Assembly: GCA_963710605.1 (NCBI GenBank)
Contig: CAVQBA010000004.1
Coordinates: 1,344,001-1,408,000, forward strand
Direction of reading: 5' to 3'
Length of the DNA: 64,000 nt
Origin: an uncultured cyanobacterium
GTDB taxonomy: Bacteria > Cyanobacteriota > Cyanobacteriia > Cyanobacteriales > Cyanobacteriaceae
A program made the position numbers and the translations under genes. This document shows positions 42,722 through 52,543 of this stretch, in pieces. The stretch's first letter is position 1, and each line of letters opens with the position of its first letter. The notes below the pieces were generated by a model. The model was not told the origin of the DNA and did no database searches. It saw only the letters and a program-made list of their open reading frames with translations.

Positions 42722-43187
42722 ATAAATAAATAAGCTAAAAATAATTTTAACGTTATAATAATTAGGAAAAGATAATTGATCAATTTTTACAATTAATATA
42801 AGATTATAACGATCGTTTTAAAGTATATTTTTAGTAATAGTATTTGGTATTACAATTATTCTTAAATCAATAGACTATAGTTGATTACAATCCACCTTAA
42901 ATTTGATCATTTAAGGCTGACAAAACACGTTCAATGAATTGAACTAAAACAATAACTAATAAGTATAATAGACAAAACAACACTATTATAATATCAGTAA
43001 AAATATTGATGTAGAAAAACCCGATACAATAGGTTATATAATCGTTTCGGATAATAAAATAATCAGATAATAAGCTATATTTTGATTTAAGTTTAATTTA
43101 TTAAACGGATTCTATTAGCCTTGCAATGATAGTTCAAGGCGGGCAATAAGTAAATCGATATTTTTTTGATTAGTTATTAGTTATCTT

Positions 43188-44555
43188 TTAATAGCTTTGA
43201 GTGAAATATAAATCAAGAGATAAATCAAATTCTTTAGTAGCAATTGACGAATTATTAATATTAATCGATCGGACAAATTCTCGTAAATAAAACCGTTTTT
43301 CTTGCTCGGATAAATCGTACCAAAATTGTTCTAAAGATAAAGTTTTAGCGATCGTTTCTAAATTGTTTGGAGGTAACCCGACTAACTTTGTTTTCAACTG
43401 CGATACTTGTGTTTGTAACTGATAATTTCTTAATTGTGCTGTTTGCTCATCTAATATTTGTGTTTTCACTAAATTATTCAAACTATCAATAATATCTATT
43501 TTTTGCTTGATTTGCTGTTGAATACCTTGCTTTATTAATTCAATATCAGGAATTTGATTATTAGTTTCAATTAGTTTAAATTGCTGACAAATACTAGTTA
43601 TAACAGCGTTAAGCACTTGCTCATAGTCGATCGATTTACAACTTTTTTCTTGCTGACAATTAGTCGAAGTTAAGTATAAATATTTTTGCTTTTTATATTT
43701 TTGTGTTACCGAAGTAATTTTAAAATTAGACTGGCATTTACTACATTTAACCAAACCAGCTAAACAATAATTAGCTGAAGCACTACGAGGTTTAACTCGG
43801 CTATGACTTTTTAAAATTCGTTTAATTTGAGCCGCTTCTTCCCGACTAATAATCGGGGTATGAGTATCACAAATAATTTGCTGATTTTTGTAACGTAAAT
43901 CTCCTTGATAAACAGGATTAGTTAACCAATAATTAGCAGTAGAAACCACAATTTTTTTTTTATATTTAGTTGCCAAAAAACGGACACAATCTCTTACTGA
44001 AGCATATAACAAAAAACGCTCAAAAAAAGCACGTGCGATCGGTGCAGTTGCTTTATCAATTAGATAAGATTCTTTTCCCCTAACATAACCATAAGGTGCT
44101 TTACCCGGTGGTGGTAAAACTTTAAGACGATTTTGAGCATGAGATATTTTGAGCTTTCTTCGCTGATAAATTTGCTCAATATCTAACCATAATTGATTGT
44201 ATTCTGCTTTGGTTTGCTCATCAGTAATTGCCTTAAATTTACTAGTGCTATAGTCTTGATTAAGAGCAATTATTTCAACGTTTAACTGCTCAATAATTTT
44301 AATATTTTCAATGACTTGTGCTAACTTATTTCCTAACTCAAATAAATTGAAGATTAATAAATAATCTATCGGTTGTGTTTGAATATCATTAATTAATTGA
44401 TGTAGCTGTTGCCTATCACCAATATCTTGATATATCTTATCTATTTCCCAACCCCAAATAGAAGCATCTAACACTTTATCTAAAATAGGCTCGACATAAG
44501 TATAAGCAACGATAGAGAATTGAGAATTGAGAGTTGAGAATTGAGAATTATTCAC
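43188..44555 (-). CDS. Large serine recombinase-family protein lacking the catalytic Ser motif
   Basis: GKAPYGY, WLTNPVYQG, HTPIIS, LAGLVKCSKC Zn ribbon, coiled coil; YTYVEP where YxRxS is expected. Confidence 0.8.
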   Translation of the reverse strand: MNNSQFSTLNSQFSIVAYTYVEPILDKVLDASIWGWEIDKIYQDIGDRQQLHQLINDIQTQPIDYLLIFNLFELGNKLAQVIENIKIIEQLNVEIIALNQDYSTSKFKAITDEQTKAEYNQLWLDIEQIYQRRKLKISHAQNRLKVLPPPGKAPYGYVRGKESYLIDKATAPIARAFFERFLLYASVRDCVRFLATKYKKKIVVSTANYWLTNPVYQGDLRYKNQQIICDTHTPIISREEAAQIKRILKSHSRVKPRSASANYCLAGLVKCSKCQSNFKITSVTQKYKKQKYLYLTSTNCQQEKSCKSIDYEQVLNAVITSICQQFKLIETNNQIPDIELIKQGIQQQIKQKIDIIDSLNNLVKTQILDEQTAQLRNYQLQTQVSQLKTKLVGLPPNNLETIAKTLSLEQFWYDLSEQEKRFYLREFVRSININNSSIATKEFDLSLDLYFTQSY

Positions 44556-44720
44556 ACCTGATACTGCTAATGCCCGATAGTCTTAATTTGTTTCTATTAT
44601 CTAGATTCGATCGTAGTTATACCACTATAAAGGTTCGGTTATCTTGCTTCAAACTGTACTATTTTAGTCGATTAATTAAGTTATGATGTACTTAGTTGTT
44701 TAGCCGAGCTAATTAAATAC

Positions 44721-45035
44721 ATGAAATTTAGTCTTCAATCATTATACGGTTGGTATCGTGAGCAGATTCGTAATCCTAAATATCGTCCTTGGATGATTCT
44801 GGGTACTATCGCTTATATTGTTAGTCCTATTGATATATCTCCCGATTTTATTCCTTTTATCGGTCAAGTTGATGATTTCTTATTATTATCTATTTTACTC
44901 ACCGAAGTATCTCAGATGGTATTAACAGGCTACAAAGACAAAAAAGGACAATCTTCAGAAGGTGTATCACAAGCACCAGAAACATCTAAAGTTACCACTG
45001 ACACGATCGAAGTTGATGCAGTTTCAGTCGAATAA
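44721..45035 (+). CDS. YkvA/DUF1232 family protein
   Basis: YIVSPIDISPDFIPFIGQVDD. Confidence 0.88.
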   Translation: MKFSLQSLYGWYREQIRNPKYRPWMILGTIAYIVSPIDISPDFIPFIGQVDDFLLLSILLTEVSQMVLTGYKDKKGQSSEGVSQAPETSKVTTDTIEVDAVSVE

Positions 45036-45094
45036 ATACTGTTTTAATTTCTCTGCATACAGTTTGGCTAATCGACAACTAAACGATTCATCAG

Positions 45095-45832
45095 CTATGA
45101 ATCAAGTTCTAATTTAACTTGTGTTTCGGTTTGTTCATTTAGCCATTTACTGAATAATTCATCTAATAATCTTCTTCTGAGATTTTCATCCAAGGGTGCA
45201 GTAATATATTTTTCTAAACGTAAAATTACCACCCATTCTCCTATTCTCATTGGAGGTAAAACTTGTCTTGGTGGAGAAGTTTTTAGTTTTTCGGCAATTA
45301 GAGGGTGAGGTACATTTAACTCTACAGGACCTATTAATCCGCCCGTTTCGGCTTCTGAGCCTAATGAGTATTGCCGTGCTAATTGATCAAAATCTGCTTC
45401 CCCTTCACTAATACGAAAATAAAACTCTTGAGCTTGTCCGGGGCTTTTAGTTCTAATTAAAGAGTAAACTATTTTGTCTAATTGTTCTTTTCTACTTAGA
45501 TAATAAGTTTCTATTTGTTTTCCCCATATTTCCTCTTTATATTTCTCTAATTTGACACTTCTTAAAATTCTTTGTAGTAATTGCGTTTCGGTTAAATAGT
45601 TTTTAGCTAACCATGCTTGTAATTGTTCAGGTTGCTGAGGGTTTAGTTGCATCTGCCAGAAAAATTGTTGTTGAGCTTGTGCTGTTTCTTCTGGTGTACA
45701 TTCAATGTGAGCGATCGCTTTTTCGATAATAATATCTTTGGCTAAAGACAAAATCATTTGCTTTTGAGCTAAAAGCGGAAAAATATTCTCTGGTGTAACA
45801 GTAAAATCAGCAATTTGTAAACGAGGACTCAT
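45095..45832 (-). CDS. PpiC/parvulin-type peptidyl-prolyl isomerase
   Basis: YSLIR, FDQLARQYSLGSEAETGGLIGP, WVILRLE. Confidence 0.85.
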   Translation of the reverse strand: MSPRLQIADFTVTPENIFPLLAQKQMILSLAKDIIIEKAIAHIECTPEETAQAQQQFFWQMQLNPQQPEQLQAWLAKNYLTETQLLQRILRSVKLEKYKEEIWGKQIETYYLSRKEQLDKIVYSLIRTKSPGQAQEFYFRISEGEADFDQLARQYSLGSEAETGGLIGPVELNVPHPLIAEKLKTSPPRQVLPPMRIGEWVVILRLEKYITAPLDENLRRRLLDELFSKWLNEQTETQVKLELDS

Positions 45833-46064
45833 ATAACAAAAAATTAATTAGTAAAAAAACAACCTAGTAAAAATACTATAACAAGCAAGGCAAATTATAC
45901 ACCCATAAGATTCAGAATTGACAATTGACAATTGACAATTGACAATTAAAAAAAAGTAAAAAGCACCTAATACACTCGTGTAACAAAAGCTAATCGCTAA
46001 TCTTTAATCGCTAAAAGTTTGAATACTTCCCTATAAACGATGAACTATATCTAATTTTTGCACC

Positions 46065-46101
46065 AAAAAAACCCGCCGTGGAAATTTAGGCGAGCTTTTT
46101 T
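46065..46101. terminator. Rho-independent, possibly bidirectional terminator
   Basis: AAAAAA-CCCGCC-loop-GGCGAG-C-TTTTTT. Confidence 0.6.
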
Positions 46102-46631
46102 GATTTTAATAGTGAATTTAAGTTGAAAATTGATTAAAAATTAATTCTTACTAATTGTGGACAATTCTTAACTCATCTATCCCTTTTTAATATCTCAACT
46201 TTTACAGTTATAGATTAGATTACCGTGAAAATATTAATTACAATTAGAAAACGTCGAACAAAACAAAATCTAAAAAATATTGAGAAACTCGATCGTACTT
46301 TCACACAAATCAATTCAGGTTTAGACTAATAAGATTTTAAACAGTGACCAGAGACGAAGGTATAAACTCTAATCCTTTTTTCAATGCAAAGATTTTTAAC
46401 TCTTTGTTTTATACCCTATAGCAAATCAGTTTAATTGGTCTTTTTTATTTTGTCTAGAATTATGTTCCCATATGTAACTTTAATTAAGATTTCTTTATGT
46501 TTGTTTACGAAGCATTTAATTAATTTAAAATTGTCAATTGTCAATTGTCAATTATCAATTGTTGAGTTGTATTCATAGATAAGGAGTGTCAAAATAGAGA
46601 TATATTTATTTGCAATATTTAAAAATTAATT

Positions 46632-48095
46632 ATGTTTGATGCTCTATCAGAACGTTTAGAAGATACATGGAAAAAGCTACGTGGTCAAGGTAAAATTTCG
46701 GATTCTAATGTCAAAGAAGCAGTAAAAGAAGTAAGAAAAGCACTTTTAGAAGCAGACGTTAACTTTGATGTAGTCAAAAGTTTTGTTGCTGAAATCGAAA
46801 AAAAAGCTCTCGGTGCGCAAGTTATTTCAGGAGTTAATCCTCAACAACAATTTATCAAAATAGTTAGTGATGAATTAATTAACGTGATGGGAGAGAGTAA
46901 TGTACCTCTTGCTAACGCTGACAAACCACCGACAGTAGTTTTAATGGCTGGTTTGCAAGGTGCGGGTAAAACAACCGCTACTGCTAAACTCGCTCTTTAT
47001 CTACGTAAACAAAATCGTAGCTGTTTGATGGTGGCAACCGACGTATATCGTCCTGCGGCGATCGATCAATTGAAGACTCTAGGGGAGCAAATATCCATCC
47101 CTGTGTTTGAATTAGGTACAGATGCTAACCCAGTTGAAATTGCTCGTCAAGGTTTAGAAAAAGCGAAAACAGACAACATCGATACCGTCATTATTGATAC
47201 CGCAGGTCGGTTACAAATAGATGACAACATGATGGATGAGTTAGCCCAGATTAAAAAATCAGTAAAACCTGATGATACTCTTTTAGTCGTTGACTCAATG
47301 ATTGGGCAAGAAGCCGCTAATTTAACCCGTAGTTTCCATGAGAAAATAGGAATTACAGGAGCGATTTTAACCAAAATGGATGGTGATAGTCGTGGTGGTG
47401 CGGCGTTATCGATTCGGACGATTTCGGGGCAACCGATTAAGTTTGTCGGGGTAGGTGAAAAAGTAGAAGCACTTGAGCCTTTTTATCCTGAAAGAATGGC
47501 ATCTCGTATTTTAAATATGGGTGATATTGTCACATTAGTAGAAAAAGCTCAAGAAGAGTTAGATATTGCTGATGTTGAGAAGATGCAAAACAAAATAATG
47601 GAGGCTCAATTTGACTTTAATGATTTTATCAAACAAATGCGTCTATTAAAAAATATGGGTTCATTTGCTGGGGTGATGAAGTTAATTCCAGGGATGAATA
47701 AAATGGGTGCAGGGCAATTAGAGCAAGGAGAAGCTCAATTAAAACGAACTGAATCAATGATTGGTTCGATGACTAAAGAAGAAAAAAGTGATCCTCAATT
47801 ACTCGCTCAATCTCCTAGTCGTCGTCGTCGGGTAGCAAAAGGCTCTGGTTATCAAGAAAAAGATATTTCTCGTTTAGTTAGTGATTTTACCAGAATGCGA
47901 TCGATGATGCAACAGATGAGTATGGGCGGTGGTATGCCCGGTATGCCCGGTATGGGTGGCATGGGTGGTATGCCCGATATGAGTAGCTTAGGCGGTATGT
48001 TTGGTGGTGGCAATCGCCCCGGCTTCCGTAATCAACCAGGTAAAAAGAAAAAAGCGAAAAAAGCTAAGAAGAAAAGAGGTTTTGCTGATTTATAA
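46632..48095 (+). CDS. ffh: Signal recognition particle protein Ffh
   Basis: GLQGAGKTT, DTAGR, TKMDG, RILNMGD, Met-rich M domain. Confidence 0.97.
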   Translation: MFDALSERLEDTWKKLRGQGKISDSNVKEAVKEVRKALLEADVNFDVVKSFVAEIEKKALGAQVISGVNPQQQFIKIVSDELINVMGESNVPLANADKPPTVVLMAGLQGAGKTTATAKLALYLRKQNRSCLMVATDVYRPAAIDQLKTLGEQISIPVFELGTDANPVEIARQGLEKAKTDNIDTVIIDTAGRLQIDDNMMDELAQIKKSVKPDDTLLVVDSMIGQEAANLTRSFHEKIGITGAILTKMDGDSRGGAALSIRTISGQPIKFVGVGEKVEALEPFYPERMASRILNMGDIVTLVEKAQEELDIADVEKMQNKIMEAQFDFNDFIKQMRLLKNMGSFAGVMKLIPGMNKMGAGQLEQGEAQLKRTESMIGSMTKEEKSDPQLLAQSPSRRRRVAKGSGYQEKDISRLVSDFTRMRSMMQQMSMGGGMPGMPGMGGMGGMPDMSSLGGMFGGGNRPGFRNQPGKKKKAKKAKKKRGFADL

Positions 48096-48250
48096 ATTCA
48101 TTTAGTTTTCATGATTTGCACGATTATAATTATTTGATAATTTGATGGTGACAAATTTATGAGCGATTAGAGGGTGTAAACTTTACACCCCTAAATTAAA
48201 TCGTGGGATGGGTATTGTTTACCGCAATTATCAACTTTTAACTTTTAACT

Positions 48251-48670
48251 ATGACGACTAATTTATCCCATAAAAAAATCGGCGTTGCTGTCATTGTCAA
48301 TCACCGAGAAGAAATTTTAATTGACAAAAGATTACCTACAGGAGTAATGGCAAATTTATGGGAGTTTCCCGGTGGCAAGATAGAAGCGAATGAAAGTGTA
48401 ACTGATTGTGTTAGAAGAGAAATTTTAGAGGAGTTGGGTGTAACAGTAAAAATCGATCGACATTTGATTGATATTACTCATAACTATCCTCAATTTCAAG
48501 TTACTTTATACGTTTATCTATGCCATATAATCGAAGGAAAACCTCAACCAATAGAGTGTGCCGAGATTAAATGGGTGAAGGTATCGCAATTAAACACCTT
48601 TACTTTTCCTGAGGCGAATCAAGCGATTATTACGGCTTTGGAAAAAACAGACTTAAAAATTACTTTTTAA
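48251..48670 (+). CDS. mutT: 8-oxo-dGTP diphosphatase MutT
   Basis: Nudix box WEFPGGKIEANE....VRREILEELG; FPEAN. Confidence 0.88.
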   Translation: MTTNLSHKKIGVAVIVNHREEILIDKRLPTGVMANLWEFPGGKIEANESVTDCVRREILEELGVTVKIDRHLIDITHNYPQFQVTLYVYLCHIIEGKPQPIECAEIKWVKVSQLNTFTFPEANQAIITALEKTDLKITF

Positions 48671-48833
48671 AAATTAGCTTCATCTCAATTGTAGAGACAA
48701 CATAAATGTCTTTGATTTACATCTAATTGCTTAAAATTAACCAAAAAAAAGCAGAGAATAAATCTCTGATAAAAAAACAAACAATTATCGACAAATTCTT
48801 TATTGACCTTATTGAAATAGTTTCAATAAAACG

Positions 48834-48986
48834 TTATTTAAGGTAGTAATTTTTTTCAGCTTCTAACTGAGCAACTAAAGCATTTTGACCTTTTGCTCTA
48901 GCTACTTGTAAACGATGTTCTAAGGTTTTTAAAACATTTTGATTATGAACAGTTTGAGCTTTTTTATTCGATTGTAATTTAATCAT
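48834..48986 (-). CDS. pirA: PirA-like 50-aa PII-interacting regulator of arginine synthesis (not in the ORF track)
   Basis: MIKLQSNKKAQTVHNQNVLKTLEHRLQVARAKGQNALVAQLEAEKNYYLK matches the recalled Ssr0692 pattern H..N....LEHRL.VAR..G...L..QLEAE; RBS AAGGA. Confidence 0.85.
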   Translation of the reverse strand: MIKLQSNKKAQTVHNQNVLKTLEHRLQVARAKGQNALVAQLEAEKNYYLK

Positions 48987-49105
48987 TTTTTTCCTTGTAA
49001 TTATAAAATAACTAGATATTTATTGGTTATATTAAATAACGTTAATTTTTCGATAACTGCTTGACAGCTCAAATTATTTAGTTATTATTTTCAACCATTA
49101 TTTTT

Positions 49106-49210
49106 TTAACTAATAGATGAATGGTGACGATTACTAATCATTAATAAACGCCCTTTTCTATCAGTAAAAACATAGTTACTAATTAGTTTGGGGAAGTTTT
49201 GATTGTTCAT
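49106..49210 (-). CDS. 34-aa peptide ORF directly behind the glutamine riboswitch (not in the ORF track)
   Basis: GAGG RBS then MNNQNFPKLISNYVFTDRKGRLLMISNRHHSSIS; RLLM..RHH weakly recalls the GS-inactivating-factor core RALMMRHH. Confidence 0.5.
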   Translation of the reverse strand: MNNQNFPKLISNYVFTDRKGRLLMISNRHHSSIS

Positions 49211-49249
49211 AATGTCGCCTCTTCTAATTCTTGATGATTTTAGATACGA

Positions 49250-49312
49250 GACGCGTTCCTTCAGAAGATTTAATTACTTCTTACTTCCGTCTGTTTAAAA
49301 CAGATGAACGTT
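49250..49312 (-). ncRNA. Class I glutamine riboswitch (glnA motif)
   Basis: CGUUC-A-UCUGUU(UUA)AACAGA-C-GGAAGUA-AGAAG..CUUCU-GAAG-GAACG-CG: P1 CGUUC/GAACG, P2, and P3 with AGUA/GAA E-loop. Confidence 0.88.
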
Positions 49313-49576
49313 TTAAGATACAAATCTAGTATATCTTGAAAGTATCTTATTTGACAACTAAAAATAATTTTTTCTAAACTTTGAGATAATTAATTCAAAT
49401 CAATTTTCAAAAATAATCCACAGTTAAAAACGAATGATTAATGATGAGAAATAAGTGATTGATAGAGTTTGAGACAGATTTATCTATTTGGTAAATGTTA
49501 GTTGAGATATTACGTAACTATCTAGTTTTCACTTCATGAAACTTAATAGTTGATGTTAAAGATAAAGCTTTTGGTT

Positions 49577-50369
49577 TTATTCGTAAAAAGCTATTTTAGA
49601 CCATCGATCGATTATTTGAATTAATTTATTTTCAGTAATTAATCTTATCTTTTTTTTACCTTGAGTAACTTTACTTCTTTCCATTATCTCAACTAAAGAC
49701 AGCAAATGGCTTTTTCTTCCTTTCTTCACGAATAAATTTAACGACTTTATCTAATTCTTTATTAGTAATTCCTGCTATTTGTAAAGGCGAAACAAGTTTT
49801 TCTATTTCTAAAGTATTAAATGCTGTTAATAAATCTAATTTTGTAGGTAACTGCTCATTTAATGATTGCTTATTATCTACAGCTAATTGTTTATTAATTT
49901 GTTCAATTTGAGCTTTTAATTGTTTAATTTTATTCTCGAAATCTTGCTGATAATTTTCGATATACTGATTAAATCTATTTTCTAGGTTATCTATTCTACT
50001 ATCTTTATCCTTATTAGTTTCTACAGCTTCTTTTGGGGCGACGGTAGTAACAGTTTTTGTCTCATTATCATGCAATAAATTTAGTTGCTGACTAATCAAA
50101 TCATTTTCTTTTTTATTAACAATAAAAGCCCTAATCGTTTCAAATTCATCATCAAATTCCCATGCTTTTAAAGCCCCATAAAATTGAAAACTACCTTCAA
50201 CCAATTCGTATCTTTCCAAACTGGTTTCTTCAACAACAAGAGGTTGCACAATACCATCTAACTGTAAAATTAATTGAGCTAACTTTTCTAAATCTTCCTC
50301 GGCAAAATTCGATCGAGGTATTTTAGATGTTATTTTATCAATGTCAACTAAAGATGTTTTAAAACTCAT
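49577..50369 (-). CDS. Atypical ParB N-terminal-domain protein with coiled coil, +1 frameshift near 49702
   Basis: LEKLAQLILQLDGIVQPLVV..YELVEG; GxxR replaced by GSFQ; shifted frame continues SLVEIMERSKV..IIDRWSKIAFYE to the stop at 49577. Confidence 0.7.
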
Positions 50370-50440
50370 AACTAATCTCTATTTTATCTATTATGTGATA
50401 GCCAAATTTAAAATCTAGGAAAACCAAAAATAATAATTGA

Positions 50441-51836
50441 TTATTCGCCTATTTTCTCTTTTAATTCTAAAGATAAAGCCTCAAACTCAGCGGCTGCCAT
50501 TGAGTCTGGTTTAAATTCAAAAATTGACTTTGGCTCAGGAATTTCTAAATTATCAATTAAAATAAAGTTATCTAAAGCTTTAGCTAAATCATCTCTTTCA
50601 TAAATGCTAGTTTCAAATAACGGCAAATTATATCTTTGGGTGATGACTTTTCTTCTTTTAGGTAAAGTATATTGACAAAATTTAGCATTACTGGAAATTT
50701 TACTGGGCAATACACCTAAGACTTTGATAGGGGCAAAACCAAAGGCATCTTTATCATCGTTGACTTCCTCAATAAAACTTTTGACATTTTTTAATCCTTC
50801 ATTAGCAAATGGCTTCAAGTCAGAAGGAATAATTAAATAATCAGCACTAATCATTGCTATTTTGGCGTATAAGTTTAAAGAAGGAGGAGTGTCGATGAAG
50901 ACATAATCATAATCATTTTCTACCTCTGCCAATTTATATTTTAATCTAGTTCTAGATGCGGCAATATCAACTAAATTTCTTTCTTCGTACATTATAGTTA
51001 ATATGGGCAGGAATTGCATCAATATTATCTTGACTGTAACTGGTTTTACGAGCAACTTCTTTGATTGAATATTTTTTACTTGATTTAATCAAATGAAAGA
51101 CATTAGAGTCTTTTAAATCATCATCAATTTCGTCGGTAAATTTGGCTAAACCAACGGCAAATGTAGTATTAGCTTGACTATCTAAGTCAACAATTAAAAT
51201 TTTAGCACCTTGATGGGCTAAGGCGGCGGCTAAGTTAATAACCGTGGTAGTTTTACCTACGCCTCCTTTGTTATGATATACCGCAATTACTTTCATTTTT
51301 TTGGCTTTATTTAATGATTGAGAAGAAATTTGTGCTGAAGTAGATTTTTCCATTTCTGGAGATTTTTCTAGTAGTTTATCATTATTAGCGATCGATTTAA
51401 TTTGTGTTATTAACGTTTCTTTACCAACAATTTTTTGTAGTTTAGGTAAGTATTGATTAATATTTTTACTGTCGTCTTCTAATAGAAGATAGATATTTTC
51501 TTTTTGTAATTTATAAAGTCTAATTTCTTTACCATTAGTGATTAATCCATATTTGACTTTAAGTGTTTTTAAGTATCTTCTAAATTTAGGAATATGTACA
51601 TCTAAATTTTCACGAGGATGTTTAGCTTCGATAATAACATAGGCATTTCTTCTTATTTTCAATGGTATTTTATCTAACCCTAAAGGGATTAAAAGAAAAT
51701 CTAGACGAATATTTTTATATCTTACTTCTTGATACCAATCGGCGTAATTATATCCTAATAAAGGTAATAAAAAACGAACGATAAATTTGCTTTCTACTTC
51801 TTTTTCGTTACGACACCAATGAGGGGAAAATTTCAC
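50441..51836 (-). CDS. HsdR_N-like PD-(D/E)xK nuclease domain fused to ParA ATPase, +1 frameshift near 50996
   Basis: N-term NEKEVE..QEV..RLDF..IEAK..ITNG; KGGVGKTT, DLDSQAN, DTPPS; removing one base gives IPAHINLMYEE and one 464-aa ORF. Confidence 0.85.
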
Positions 51837-51962
51837 AATAATTTGATTCTCCTTTTTTTGATTAGCTATCCATAATTAATCATAAATTTATTTCTTCAAC
51901 AAATTAAAATATAACCCCAACAGCCAACAACTAATACCTATTTAGAAGTTTATGATAGCTAA

Positions 51963-52511
51963 TTATCGATCGATGGTAATTTTTTGCGGAGAGATAACTA
52001 TATAAACAGGGTGATTTTGTATTTGTATAACTTTATTACTAATTAAAGAAATATTACCAATTTTAGCTAATTGGGTAGGTAATTTTTTAAATTCGGATTT
52101 AGTGGCTTTTAATATTTTTGGTGGAGAATCTAAAGGTAAACCCAAAATATCTGGCTGTGTCTCATTTGTGAATAAAAGCAAATGCTGAGCGGTTAAATCG
52201 GTATTTATTTCGCTGTTTGAATTATCTGTGATATATTTATTAAAATTAATTTCACTAAGATTTGGCTTAGACTGATTATAAATAGATCGATCGATATCAA
52301 CTACTACTATTGTTTTTTCTTTATATTTTGTAGTTATTAGCTGTGGTTGAGTTGGCTCAATGATATGTTGCTGATTATCGGTAATAATAATTTTAATCGT
52401 CTCTTGTAACGGCCAAGCAAACCACATTTGTTGAAGTTGAAAAGTAATAACTTTATAAGTTTTTGGAGCTTGTAATTGTTGCTTTCTACGAGTTCTAAAA
52501 GATGTTTTCAT
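51963..52511 (-). CDS. CheW-like coupling protein
   Basis: VITFQL...FAWPL, VVVD, LGLPLDSPP; directly downstream of cheA. Confidence 0.7.
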   Translation of the reverse strand: MKTSFRTRRKQQLQAPKTYKVITFQLQQMWFAWPLQETIKIIITDNQQHIIEPTQPQLITTKYKEKTIVVVDIDRSIYNQSKPNLSEINFNKYITDNSNSEINTDLTAQHLLLFTNETQPDILGLPLDSPPKILKATKSEFKKLPTQLAKIGNISLISNKVIQIQNHPVYIVISPQKITIDR

Positions 52512-52543
52512 TTTGAATAAAGATATATTATAATCAAAGAAAG

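Noticed and set aside
42300-44600. Recombinase-bounded integrative element next to purH
   Set aside because: Recombinase lacks its catalytic Ser and no att-like direct repeats were seen
47925-47980. GGTATGCCC repeats in ffh
   Set aside because: Ordinary Gly-Met-Pro low-complexity tail of Ffh
49308-49350. NtcA site at the riboswitch promoter
   Set aside because: Biologically expected, but I found only a half-site (TGTATC) and no GTA-N8-TAC
50967-51055. Programmed frameshift in parA, and likewise in ygfZ, parB and the pentapeptide gene
   Set aside because: No slippery heptamer at these sites; similar one-base lesions are scattered over unrelated genes
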